This document shows, piece after piece, positions 50,533 through 59,748 of a stretch of 64,000 bases of DNA (position 1 is its first letter; every line of letters starts with the position of its first letter). This DNA is from Candidatus Bathyarchaeota archaeon. GTDB lineage: Archaea; Thermoproteota; Bathyarchaeia; Bathyarchaeales; Bathycorpusculaceae. The notes under the pieces are model-generated. The model ran no database searches and was not told the DNA's origin. It saw nothing but the letters and a program-made list of their open reading frames with translations. Where the stretch lies: assembly GCA_963828195.1 (NCBI GenBank), contig CAWHDT010000004.1, positions 32,001 to 96,000 on the forward strand. Direction: 5' to 3'. Both the position numbers and the translations under genes were made by a program.

Positions 50533-51351
50533 TTAGAAGGGTATCCTTGAGCCGTCAAATCCGAGTTTTGAAATTCCCAGCTCTTCTTTGACTTCCCTTA
50601 GCTGTGCAGCGTTGAAAACTGGTCCATCTTTGCAGACGCGGTATTTGCCGATCAGGCAGCTTCCGCATAAGCCAATCCCGCAGCGCATTAGCCTCTCAAG
50701 GCTTGCTTCTAGGGGCAGTTTGCGTTGTTCGGTTAGCTCAAAGATTTTTTTGACCATGACTTCTGGACCGCAGGTGTAGATCATGTCGAATTTCTCTTTA
50801 TCCAATAGGCTGCCAAGCGGCTCAGTTACCATGCATTGCAAGCCGTAAGTTCCGTCTTCTGTTGTTGTAATCAAGTTTTTCTCGTTGCATACGCCCTTTA
50901 GCTCGGAAACAAAGAGGAGTTCATCTTTGCTTTTGGCGCCCTCAACAAAGGACAACCGCTCAGTTTTAGCAGTAAGCTGTTTCGCCAAAAACAGCAAAGG
51001 CGCCGTTCCCGTTCCGCCGCCTACCAAGAGAACTCTGCCCCGGCTTTCAGTGAAACTATTCCCGAAAGGTCCACGAACCCCGACGACTTCGCCTGCCGCC
51101 ATATTATGCAAATGCCGTGTTGCATCGCCAACCTGCTTCACCGATACAGAAACCAACCCGTTATTTGCGTCCATTATGCTCAATGGGATTTCATCGATTC
51201 CTGGAATCCAAAGCATCAAGAATTGCCCTGGCTTAGCTTTAGAGCATAACCTGTCGGGAACGATGAAGGTTTTAACGGTTGGACTCTCAACCGTAACCCG
51301 CACGATTTCCGTCGTTCTAAGTGTATTAACTGCGGTGAGCGAGGCCGACAA
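50533..51351 (-). CDS. pyrK: Dihydroorotate dehydrogenase electron transfer subunit
   Basis: PGQFLMLW, RGPFGN, GGGTG, CGPE and ER.MRCGIGLCGSC...VC.DGPVF. Confidence 0.95.
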   Translation of the reverse strand: MSASLTAVNTLRTTEIVRVTVESPTVKTFIVPDRLCSKAKPGQFLMLWIPGIDEIPLSIMDANNGLVSVSVKQVGDATRHLHNMAAGEVVGVRGPFGNSFTESRGRVLLVGGGTGTAPLLFLAKQLTAKTERLSFVEGAKSKDELLFVSELKGVCNEKNLITTTEDGTYGLQCMVTEPLGSLLDKEKFDMIYTCGPEVMVKKIFELTEQRKLPLEASLERLMRCGIGLCGSCLIGKYRVCKDGPVFNAAQLREVKEELGISKLGFDGSRIPF

Positions 51352-52249
51352 TTTCTTTCACACTCCCAACATGTTTTCTTCTCAAATAAGTTTCCACTCC
51401 CTTAGTTATGGCTTGGAAAACCTCCGTGTCCTCCAAAGCTATGGCACTTCCAACTTGAACTGCGGTGGCGCCAGCCAAGAAAAACTCCACGGCGTCACGC
51501 CAACCCGTTATTCCGCCGCAGCCTATTATTGGCACATCAGGCAGTTCCTCGCGAATGTCATAGACACATCTCAGTGCAACGGGCTTGATGGCTGGACCTG
51601 ACAAGCCGCCTTTTATGTTGCTTAAAATTGGACGCATTGTTTCAGAATCAATAGCCATCGCTTTCAAGGTGTTTACGGCTGTTAAAGCGTCTGCGCCAGC
51701 CTCAACCGCTACTTTGCCTAAAGCAGCTATATCTGCAACGTTTGGGGACAGCTTCACAATAACAGGTTTACTGACTGCAGCCTTCACCGTTTCAACTACT
51801 TCGGAGAGGAGCCGTGGGTTTTGACCGATTTCTGCTCCAGTTTGCTTGACATGTGGACAGGAAACATTTAGTTCAACCGCGTCTGCACCTGCTGCAACGG
51901 CTTTTTCTGCAACTGCGGCATATTCCTCTGCTGAGTAGCCAAACACGCTGACTATAAGCGGTAAGCGCAGAATGACTTTTGAGTACTTGATTTCTTCAGT
52001 GTACAGGTCGATTCCCGGGTTCGGCAGCCCCATAGCGTTGATTAACCCGCTTTCTGCCTGAATCACAGTTGGGTTTGCATAGCCAACTTTCGGTTCTATG
52101 CCTATGGATTTTGTGACTACGGCTCCTGCGCCGCCTTTAGCCACGCGGTGAAGCGATTCAGCTGAGTAACCCAGTATTCCAGATGCTAGAATGGTTGGGT
52201 TTTCCAGCTCTAAGCCTGCAAGGCGTGTACTTAACGGATTGCTCTCCAA
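51326..52249 (-). CDS. pyrD: Dihydroorotate dehydrogenase, class 1B catalytic subunit
   Basis: ASG, TKS, NAMGLPNPG, ELNVSCPH, KLSPN and GGLSGPAIKP. Confidence 0.97.
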   Translation of the reverse strand: MESNPLSTRLAGLELENPTILASGILGYSAESLHRVAKGGAGAVVTKSIGIEPKVGYANPTVIQAESGLINAMGLPNPGIDLYTEEIKYSKVILRLPLIVSVFGYSAEEYAAVAEKAVAAGADAVELNVSCPHVKQTGAEIGQNPRLLSEVVETVKAAVSKPVIVKLSPNVADIAALGKVAVEAGADALTAVNTLKAMAIDSETMRPILSNIKGGLSGPAIKPVALRCVYDIREELPDVPIIGCGGITGWRDAVEFFLAGATAVQVGSAIALEDTEVFQAITKGVETYLRRKHVGSVKEIVGLAHRS

Positions 52250-52453
52250 ACATAATCACCATTCTATCTAGGTTGAATTACTTTTAAAAAGATAAAGCTT
52301 CACTCGGCAAATTATTTTCTTCCGCCGAAAAAAAACGGAGCGGTTTTTTGATTGGTAGAAGCACATTTATGTCTAATTTACCGCATCGTTGAAGAAGTAA
52401 AATATCATTTGTGAAAAAAGAAAATAAGGGGTTAGGCTAACCTTGAAAGCGAC

Positions 52454-52504
52454 TTATTTCTTCTTTTTAGCCTTTTTATCTTCTTTCTTTGGAGCTTTAG
52501 CCAC
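52454..52504 (-). CDS. Unannotated 16-aa Lys-rich peptide MAKAPKKEDKKAKKKK
   Basis: GTG start 7 nt after a GAGGT SD, AAAATATAAATA TATA box upstream, T-rich tract downstream. Confidence 0.65.
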   Translation of the reverse strand: MAKAPKKEDKKAKKKK

Positions 52505-52765
52505 TTTAATAACCTCTAAATAACAATTGACTTCAATCTGTATTTATATTTTGCTAAAGACTAATCATTCTGACGCAACAACCTAAAATACCTAAAAATA
52601 GCCGCTATAAGCAAAATAACCGTAAAATCAGACGATTAATCTGATGTTTTTTCCATGCTATTTCACCCAGTCAAATTTTACATTTATATGTCAATATTGA
52701 AGAGTTGTTTTTAAGGAAGATTTATGAAGCAAAATCAACGCAAGAAAAGTTTCCCACAGAAAACC

Positions 52766-54325
52766 CTATTTTGTAAACATTGCCCTGTCTTGGATGTACT
52801 CTTTTCCTGTTCGCAGAGCAATTTCAGCTTTCGCCAATTCGCTCCCTAAATAAGCCGCGTGGTCTTTCGTTGAAACTAATCCTAATTTAATAATTTTGGT
52901 GTAGAGGGCGTCGGCGGTTTTGCCTTTGATAATCTTGTCGGGCTGTTGCATAGTAGCAGAAGAAAAATGCATCGTCACTATGCATTCGTTGATGCGGTCT
53001 ACTATGACTGTGAATGAACCCAACTTATCCAATTCGGTTAAGTTTGGCTTTTCAGCCTTGAGCACCCGAACGTTTTTCTCAACCGATTTATCATACCGCT
53101 CTTCACGGTTTCTTTTGTCTTTAAAAAACAGCAGGTCTACCCCTAGGTCTTTGGGTACTGAATTGCGTTTCTTTGCCAGAAACATCATCTTAGCCGCAGC
53201 CGCCTCCTCGCCAACGGTTCCTTTTGCTTTGTCACTTTTCTCCGTCGCCAACAGCATGCTCGCCCCCACTTCAGATGATAAACGTGCCAGCAAAGCGTTA
53301 ACTCCCACCGAATCCGCATCCATCAATTCAGTAACGTTTGAAACACCAACAAACATTGGCACATCGGGATTTCTTTCAGCAAATTGGCGAAAAGCAGTAA
53401 ACGACACCAAAACGTCTGACGGATCAAGAATCAGATCCGCAATGCACCTTGAAATTCCCAGATTTTTTGCTTGCTCAAGAATCTGCTCTAGGAACTGAAC
53501 CCGTTCTTTAGCTTTTTTGGGAAAAATGCCTTCCTTCTGGTTTGTCGGGATGACGACCACGGCGACGTCGTGGACATAGGGTGCAATTGCTTCAATGTTT
53601 CCTGCATCCCCGCTCAAAACGAGGTCTGCACCCGCATCGACCGCTGCTCGGATCTCGGCTGGGTCAAGCGAATCTACGCTAACAGGAACAGTAACAACCT
53701 GCTTTACAAATTCAACTATTTTTTTGGCATCCGAAGGTCGGGATTCGCCCGCAGCCATGCCGACATCGATGATGTCTGCGCCAGCCTCTACAAAGCGTTT
53801 TGCAAGCCGCTGAATTGCTTCTTTATCCATTGACGGCGCATCTACGATTTCGGCTAAAACCCGCATTGGAAAGTCTTTGCCAACCGCCAAGTTCCCAATC
53901 AACATGTTGCCAGGTTTCTTAAGCAACGCTTCACGGCTCTGCTCTGCCGTCTCTATTTCCTGCAGCGCTTTTTTCTGGAGCTTTTCCCGAAGCAAGTCGT
54001 CGGCAGGCATAATTGTTGAAAGCTTAATGTCGCCTAAGCATTCAAGCACAGTGGGCAGGTCAGCAGCGTACCTTGGACCTTTAAAAGTCTGGATGCCAAC
54101 CGCTTTTGTAATCGTCGCTACGTCTCCTGGTATGAGCCCAGGCACCAAAATCACCTCAAAACCCGTTAAATCAGCGTCTTTTAATGCTTTGGCGATGGTT
54201 TCGGGAGTAAGCAGGGCGGCAACTGGAATCTTGAGGGCAACGGTCGTGGTTTTTGCGTTGCTTTCTTGTGCAGAGCATTTTACTATGTCCTCCGCCAATG
54301 TACCCGTAACTAAGAGCACCCTCAA
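52766..54325 (-). CDS. Dihydropteroate synthase-like protein (methanopterin pathway, MptH/Orf20 type) with DUF4346 tail
   Basis: LLVTG.LA, RVLAEIVDA, GADIIDVG, NVTELMDADSVGVNALL, PKDLG and HAAYLG.EL.KAE.AL. Confidence 0.9.
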   Translation of the reverse strand: MRVLLVTGTLAEDIVKCSAQESNAKTTTVALKIPVAALLTPETIAKALKDADLTGFEVILVPGLIPGDVATITKAVGIQTFKGPRYAADLPTVLECLGDIKLSTIMPADDLLREKLQKKALQEIETAEQSREALLKKPGNMLIGNLAVGKDFPMRVLAEIVDAPSMDKEAIQRLAKRFVEAGADIIDVGMAAGESRPSDAKKIVEFVKQVVTVPVSVDSLDPAEIRAAVDAGADLVLSGDAGNIEAIAPYVHDVAVVVIPTNQKEGIFPKKAKERVQFLEQILEQAKNLGISRCIADLILDPSDVLVSFTAFRQFAERNPDVPMFVGVSNVTELMDADSVGVNALLARLSSEVGASMLLATEKSDKAKGTVGEEAAAAKMMFLAKKRNSVPKDLGVDLLFFKDKRNREERYDKSVEKNVRVLKAEKPNLTELDKLGSFTVIVDRINECIVTMHFSSATMQQPDKIIKGKTADALYTKIIKLGLVSTKDHAAYLGSELAKAEIALRTGKEYIQDRAMFTK

Positions 54326-54383
54326 ATTTTTGCGGGATTTGTTAATCGCAGGGGGTGCTTGCTTCTTAGCTGAAGATTCTGCA

Positions 54384-55085
54384 TTAGCTTTCAGTTTTGC
54401 TCCTCCATGACTCTATTCGTTTTGTTAAATCAGTCATAACTGAAGAGTAAACAGAGTTTGGGGCTGCACGATCCACCACTTGCCGGCAACCACTAATAAC
54501 CTCCAAAAGTTTTTCCACGTGCTTTAGCTGTTTTTCATCGTTTAAGAAAATTTTAACGCGTGTTGCATGGATAATTGCCTCAACAGTCAATGCCATGGCG
54601 CGGCTAAACACCTGAGGATACTTTTGTGTCGCCTCTATCGACTCAACTTTGAGCAATGCGCGGGTTTTCATGGTTCCTTTTGTCGCAATTAGCTCCAAAT
54701 GCGCCACTGAAACCTCAATTGATGCCTCAGCCAAACTAAGCTTAGGAGCATTAACAAACTGTGCTTTTTGGAACCATTCGCCTGGGAGTTTGCCGTTTGG
54801 GTTGACTTCTTTGAAGGTTGAACGGTAAAAAACTTCTATGTTGTCTGTTAAGTTTACGACGGCGCAACGGTTTGCTTTGATGTTGCGGTAGGTTTGGGAT
54901 GAGTTGAAGAGGTCAACTGTAAGGTGTTGTTCATCCTGCAAGGTAAAGCCCATTGGTGCCGCGTTAGGTTTCCCATCCAAGTTATAGGTGGAAACTATGC
55001 ATTCTGCAATTACGTCTTTCACGAATCCTAAATCCGTTAACTTCGCCGCCAAACCAATCCAAGCCAGACAGAAGGCTGCAAGCAT
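54384..55085 (-). CDS. DUF447 family protein (pterin cofactor cluster)
   Basis: E.IVST....PNAAPMG, S.TY.N and EAIIHATR; start probably near 55050. Confidence 0.88.
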   Translation of the reverse strand: MLAAFCLAWIGLAAKLTDLGFVKDVIAECIVSTYNLDGKPNAAPMGFTLQDEQHLTVDLFNSSQTYRNIKANRCAVVNLTDNIEVFYRSTFKEVNPNGKLPGEWFQKAQFVNAPKLSLAEASIEVSVAHLELIATKGTMKTRALLKVESIEATQKYPQVFSRAMALTVEAIIHATRVKIFLNDEKQLKHVEKLLEVISGCRQVVDRAAPNSVYSSVMTDLTKRIESWRSKTES

Positions 55086-55201
55086 TCTTGCAACCGAATT
55101 TAAAATTTCGCAGAAACATAATAAAGCTTTGCCAACCTAATGTGTCAGTTGAGTTCAGGAAGGTTTGTTGGCTGGTCCCGGTGTGCTTCCACTATACTGC
55201 G

Positions 55202-55585
55202 TTAAAGCTTGATTGCGTTGGCAGCCATTAAAATCAACAGTATAGAAATGGCGATGATGCCGGCGAGAAGTATTGCGGCTGCTATAAGCAGTTTTTTGCT
55301 GTTGTCTTTTTGCTCGCGCGTTTGAACCGCTCGCTCTGGAAACTTGTCAAGCATTTGAACCGCCAAACGGCCTCTTTCTGTTAGACTGTATCTTCCATCG
55401 TCGAGTTTTTCTATAAGGTCGCCAAGCACTTTTAGGTGGTAATTGAACCTGCCCGTGTTAGTAACTTTTGCGAACCCCATAAGTTCACCGTAAGGCAGAG
55501 GTCCTTTATCGTTAAGGAGCTTTAGAATCTCTCTTCGTGTAGGATCTTTTAGGATTTTATGAAGCCCAGAAAGCTCCACAGTCAT
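55202..55585 (-). CDS. ArsR-like winged-helix protein with C-terminal TM
   Basis: KILKDPTRREIL...NYHLKVLGDLIEK..DGRYSLTERG plus hydrophobic tail. Confidence 0.88.
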   Translation of the reverse strand: MTVELSGLHKILKDPTRREILKLLNDKGPLPYGELMGFAKVTNTGRFNYHLKVLGDLIEKLDDGRYSLTERGRLAVQMLDKFPERAVQTREQKDNSKKLLIAAAILLAGIIAISILLILMAANAIKL

Positions 55586-55593
55586 TTACTGGT

Positions 55594-56442
55594 TCATCGC
55601 CTTTTCCCACGCATAATTAAAGCGATAACACCCAAAAATACAACAACCAGTGCAACAAAGGAAGCAATTAGGATTTCGTAGATAGAAGTTGGGCTCTGAG
55701 TTGAGGTAGGGGCGGTTGTTGACGTTGATGACGAGGGGCTTGACGTTGAAGTAGAAGATGATGGGGCAGGTGAAGAGCTTAAGGGAACGTTGGCAGGTAT
55801 TGTTACTGTTTGTGTATTGCTCCAACCGCTTGTTTGACCAGTAAACTCCCACGGGTACATGTCTAATAGGCTTGTTGCGTTAGGATTATAAACTCTACTG
55901 ACATACCCTATCATCGCTTCAACTTGGATATCGGTTTGAGTGCCTTCAGGAATCGGTATTCCCACCTCTGAAAGGTTACTCAGAGGGATTGATGTGTTGG
56001 TGTAATCAGAATCTGACTGTGTCAGATAACCGTTGTCAGCAGTGTAAATATCAGACCAGCTACTTTCGTTATGGTTTTTTATTTGAATATTGTAGTAGAA
56101 CAAAATATTTTGAGCAAGATTTGAATCAAAATAAGATGTAAAGGGTTGATTCTTAATTGTCACTACTACATAGCTGAATTCATTGGTGTAGCCAATTTGA
56201 GCCACGACCTGTCCCGTGCTTTGGTTTAACGAATAAGTCGTAGGTACAGTGTAAGGCGGACCGACAGGCTGTACAGTGAATGTTGGAATGGAGGGAGTGG
56301 GAATAGGAACAGACGAAGGCGTGGGAGTCTGAGCAAATGCTGGTTTAGCAATTATTAAGCACATAATGGCTAAGATAACAATAAGAAGCGATGAGAAACT
56401 CTTGCTATCCCAACCCTCACCCACTCTTGAAAATAGTTTCAT
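55594..56442 (-). CDS. Secreted membrane-anchored hypothetical protein
   Basis: Signal peptide, PTPSIPTFT, IKNQPF..YYNI, QVEAMIG, SGWSNTQTVTI, S/T linker and TM. Confidence 0.8.
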   Translation of the reverse strand: MKLFSRVGEGWDSKSFSSLLIVILAIMCLIIAKPAFAQTPTPSSVPIPTPSIPTFTVQPVGPPYTVPTTYSLNQSTGQVVAQIGYTNEFSYVVVTIKNQPFTSYFDSNLAQNILFYYNIQIKNHNESSWSDIYTADNGYLTQSDSDYTNTSIPLSNLSEVGIPIPEGTQTDIQVEAMIGYVSRVYNPNATSLLDMYPWEFTGQTSGWSNTQTVTIPANVPLSSSPAPSSSTSTSSPSSSTSTTAPTSTQSPTSIYEILIASFVALVVVFLGVIALIMRGKRR

Positions 56443-56698
56443 GCAGGCAACTCCATCGAATGATAAATACTTCAGGCATTGGTTTAAGGATATTTGACTA
56501 AATATTTTACCAAAATCTTATCATAGGGTAGCAATTCCCATCTAAAACGAAATAACACGATAACTGCAAACAGATGGTTGCGGCGTTGCGTTGACCCCAA
56601 CGTTTATTTTATGTAAGGTTTTTAAGGGATAATCGCCTAAGTTTTAATGAGGATTTCAAGCCTTTTTGAGAACCTGTTTTTTGGTGGTTAATAATTAA

Positions 56699-58075
56699 AT
56701 GGCAGTTAAGGTCGCTTTGGTTTACCCATACTTTCACCCTGCAAATGACAACTCCATTTTCCGTTTCCCACCTCTGGGACTAGGCTACGTCGCCGCCGCC
56801 CTGAAAAAACGTGGCTTTGAGGTTGAGTTGGTTGACTGCACTTTTCTCACGTTAAGCGAAGCGGTTGAGCGGGTAAAATGGGCTAAAGCACAAATTACCG
56901 GGTTTTACTCAATGTTCTCAATGAAAAAAACCACTCTTGAGCTTGCAACTGCAATCAAAAACGCCTGCTTGGGCGATTGCGGTTTGCTCGTGGTTGGTGG
57001 GCCTTTGCCTTCTTGGAATCCTAAAAGCTTTCTTGACATCTTCGATGTGGTTGCTGTAGGCGAAGGTGAGGAAACGATTGTGGAACTCGCCAAATGCGTT
57101 GCGAACGGGTCCGGGCTCTTAGGTGTGAGAGGTCTCGTGTTTAAGGATGGAAACCGCGTTGTGCATACTGGCCCAAGAGACTTTGTTGAGGATTTGGATG
57201 GGCTAGCTTTTCCTACACGTGAATTGTTTGATAATGAAGCGTACAAACGGTACTATCTTGACCGATTCGGATATTCTACTTCCTCCATGATAACATCCAG
57301 GGGATGCCCGTTTTCATGCGATTTTTGCAGCCGACCAATTTTCGGCACAAACATCAGAACCCGCTCGGCACAAAACATTGTTGATGAGGTGCAGGAGATT
57401 ACGGATTTGGGTTATGAGAGGGTTTGGTTTGCTGATGACTGCTTCACGTTGAACCGCAAGCATCTGCTTGATGTGTGCAGCGAAATGGTCCGCCGCAAAG
57501 TTGACGTTGGCTGGGAGTGCTTGTCGCGTGTGGATACAATGGACGCTGAAGTAGCAAGGGGGATGAAGCGAGCTGGTTGCCTAAGGGTTTTCTTCGGTAT
57601 TGAATCAGGTAATGATTCAGTTTTAGGGTTGATGAACAAGCACATTAACACTTCACAAGCCAAAAACGCGGTTTATACAGCTAAGAAAGAGGGGCTCGAG
57701 GTGGGGGCTTTCTTTATTGTCGGCTACCCAGGCGAAAACAACAAGACGGTGCTGGATACGGTGCGTTTTGCGTCAGGTTTGCCGCTTGATTACCTGTCGT
57801 TCACTTTGCCATACCCCATTCCTGGGACGCCACTGTACGAGCGGGTTAAAGATAACGGCGTTTCAATAGACGACTGGGAAGAACCCAAAAACTACCATTT
57901 GATTAGGCATAAACTGCTTTATGCTTCAGGCTTCAGCGAGGCAAAATTGAAATTCGCCATCGGGAAAGGCCAAGCGCAGTTTTACGGCAGAAAACATCTT
58001 GGGAAAGTCGGTTACAGCGTCTTAGGGAAGCCGTTTGAACGTTTAACGGACATCACGTTTGGAATTATGCGTTGA
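56699..58075 (+). CDS. Cobalamin-binding radical SAM enzyme (class B methyltransferase-like)
   Basis: PPLGL.Y.AA, VGGP, GEGE, SRGCPFSCDFC, FADD and GIESG. Confidence 0.93.
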   Translation: MAVKVALVYPYFHPANDNSIFRFPPLGLGYVAAALKKRGFEVELVDCTFLTLSEAVERVKWAKAQITGFYSMFSMKKTTLELATAIKNACLGDCGLLVVGGPLPSWNPKSFLDIFDVVAVGEGEETIVELAKCVANGSGLLGVRGLVFKDGNRVVHTGPRDFVEDLDGLAFPTRELFDNEAYKRYYLDRFGYSTSSMITSRGCPFSCDFCSRPIFGTNIRTRSAQNIVDEVQEITDLGYERVWFADDCFTLNRKHLLDVCSEMVRRKVDVGWECLSRVDTMDAEVARGMKRAGCLRVFFGIESGNDSVLGLMNKHINTSQAKNAVYTAKKEGLEVGAFFIVGYPGENNKTVLDTVRFASGLPLDYLSFTLPYPIPGTPLYERVKDNGVSIDDWEEPKNYHLIRHKLLYASGFSEAKLKFAIGKGQAQFYGRKHLGKVGYSVLGKPFERLTDITFGIMR

Positions 58076-58110
58076 ACCCTGAGAGTGTAAATTCTTAAAA
58101 ATTACGTATC

Positions 58111-58680
58111 TTGATAGGCAGGCATTTAATCTCAAACCTACAAGAGAATATCGAAAGCCAGTTGCAAAAACTAATCGTTATCCCCGCCGCCATAAGCTCA
58201 ATGCGAATCGCAGTTTTACCGCTCTTCCTTTACCTCTACAGCACGGGAAACATTGCTGCATGCTTAATTCTGCTTGCTTTTTCAGCTGCAACAGATTTTT
58301 TTGACGGCTACTTAGCAAGAAGATTAAACGCAGCATCGCAGTTCGGCGCCTACTACGATGCCACAACAGACTTTATTTTGGTATTAGGAATATACACAAT
58401 CTTTTTTGCAAGAGGGTACTTCCCAATTTGGTTATTGCTTCTCATAGCCGCCTCATTTATTGTGTTCCTTTCAACGAGCCGCTCTGCAAAAAAAATGTAT
58501 GACCCAGTTGGAAAATACATCGGAAGCGCCCTCTACATAGGCATAGTTTTAACGTTGATTTTTCCGACCCAAGCAGTTTTTACCTTTGTGGAATTTGCCT
58601 TCCTTGGGTTTTTTTTAGTTTCACTTGGAAGCCGCATAGTATATTTTGGCAGAAAACGCCGTCAGTTAGCCCTAAACTAA
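58111..58680 (+). CDS. CDP-alcohol phosphatidyltransferase
   Basis: TDFFDGYLARR......GAYYDATTD signature. Confidence 0.92.
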   Translation: MIGRHLISNLQENIESQLQKLIVIPAAISSMRIAVLPLFLYLYSTGNIAACLILLAFSAATDFFDGYLARRLNAASQFGAYYDATTDFILVLGIYTIFFARGYFPIWLLLLIAASFIVFLSTSRSAKKMYDPVGKYIGSALYIGIVLTLIFPTQAVFTFVEFAFLGFFLVSLGSRIVYFGRKRRQLALN

Positions 58681-58716
58681 TATACTGTTTTCCCAATAAT
58701 GTTACCGTAAATTTCG

Positions 58717-59748
58717 GTGCAGCCTTTGTCAGAAAAAATATGCCCAAACCCAAGGGGGTTACCTGAGCAAATTCGTGTTTCAACGGGCACCGCTATAGTT
58801 CTTGGGCTGTTAAAAGGCAAGTTAGATGCTGAACCTACAACTGCGTATCTTATGACGTACAAAGAGGGCAAGTGTACGGCTAACTGCGGTTTCTGCCCCC
58901 AAGCAAGAGCAAGCAAAAGCAACACCGACTTGCTGTCAAGGATTTCATGGCCAACTTTTCCAACCGCTGATGCCCTGACAGCAGTCGCCAAAGCGGTTAA
59001 AGAGGAAAAAATCCGGCGGGTCTGCATCCAAGCCCTGAACTACCCAGAGGTTTTTTTGCATCTTGAATCGCTGGTTAAGGAGATAAAAAAGCAAGCGGCG
59101 GTTCCTATTTCAGTTTCTTGCCAACCGCTAAAAACCGGAAACATTGAGCTTTTGGCAAAGGCAGGCGCGGACAGGTTAGGCATAGCATTGGATGCAGCAA
59201 CCGAAGCCTTGTTCAACCAGGTGAAAGGCAAAGCTGCAGGCGGGTTTTACGATTGGGAAAGCCAGTTTCTGTTGCTAAGTCAAGCCATCGCCGTTTTGGG
59301 TAAGGGAAATGTCAGCACTCACGTGATTGTAGGGTTAGGCGAGACGGAGAAAGAGGCAACACAAATAATTCAAAGATGCGTTGACATGAGCGTTCTGCCA
59401 GCTCTTTTTGCTTTCACGCCTATACGAGGAACCAAGTTGGAGAAAAATTCGCCGCCCGCACTTGAGTCTTATAGGCGCGTGCAGCTTGCCAGGTACTTAA
59501 TCGCTATGGGATTAGCTCAAGCAGACGGGATGCGTTTTAATGTTGCAGGCGAAATTACATGTTTTGGCGTGGCAAAAGAAACTTTGGAAGAAGCAGTTAA
59601 GTCTGGTGAACCCTTTCGTACTTCAGGCTGCGGTGGCTGTAACCGCCCTTTTTACAATGAAAAACCAAGCGGACCCATCTACAATTACCCGCGACAAACA
59701 AGCCGGGAAGAGATAGAAGAAATAAGAAAGCAGCTGAAGCTCAGCTAA
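58717..59748 (+). CDS. Biotin-synthase-like radical SAM protein, probable archaeal lipoyl synthase subunit LipS2
   Basis: CTANCGFC and C-terminal TSGCGGCNRPFYNE, matching the LipS2 TxGCPxC(N/D)RP motif. Confidence 0.75.
   Translation: MQPLSEKICPNPRGLPEQIRVSTGTAIVLGLLKGKLDAEPTTAYLMTYKEGKCTANCGFCPQARASKSNTDLLSRISWPTFPTADALTAVAKAVKEEKIRRVCIQALNYPEVFLHLESLVKEIKKQAAVPISVSCQPLKTGNIELLAKAGADRLGIALDAATEALFNQVKGKAAGGFYDWESQFLLLSQAIAVLGKGNVSTHVIVGLGETEKEATQIIQRCVDMSVLPALFAFTPIRGTKLEKNSPPALESYRRVQLARYLIAMGLAQADGMRFNVAGEITCFGVAKETLEEAVKSGEPFRTSGCGGCNRPFYNEKPSGPIYNYPRQTSREEIEEIRKQLKLS

Noticed and set aside
50885-54410. Long plus-strand ORFs 50885-51601, 52920-53498 and 53877-54410
   Set aside because: Antisense shadows of pyrK/pyrD and the pterin synthase-like gene with no recognisable motifs
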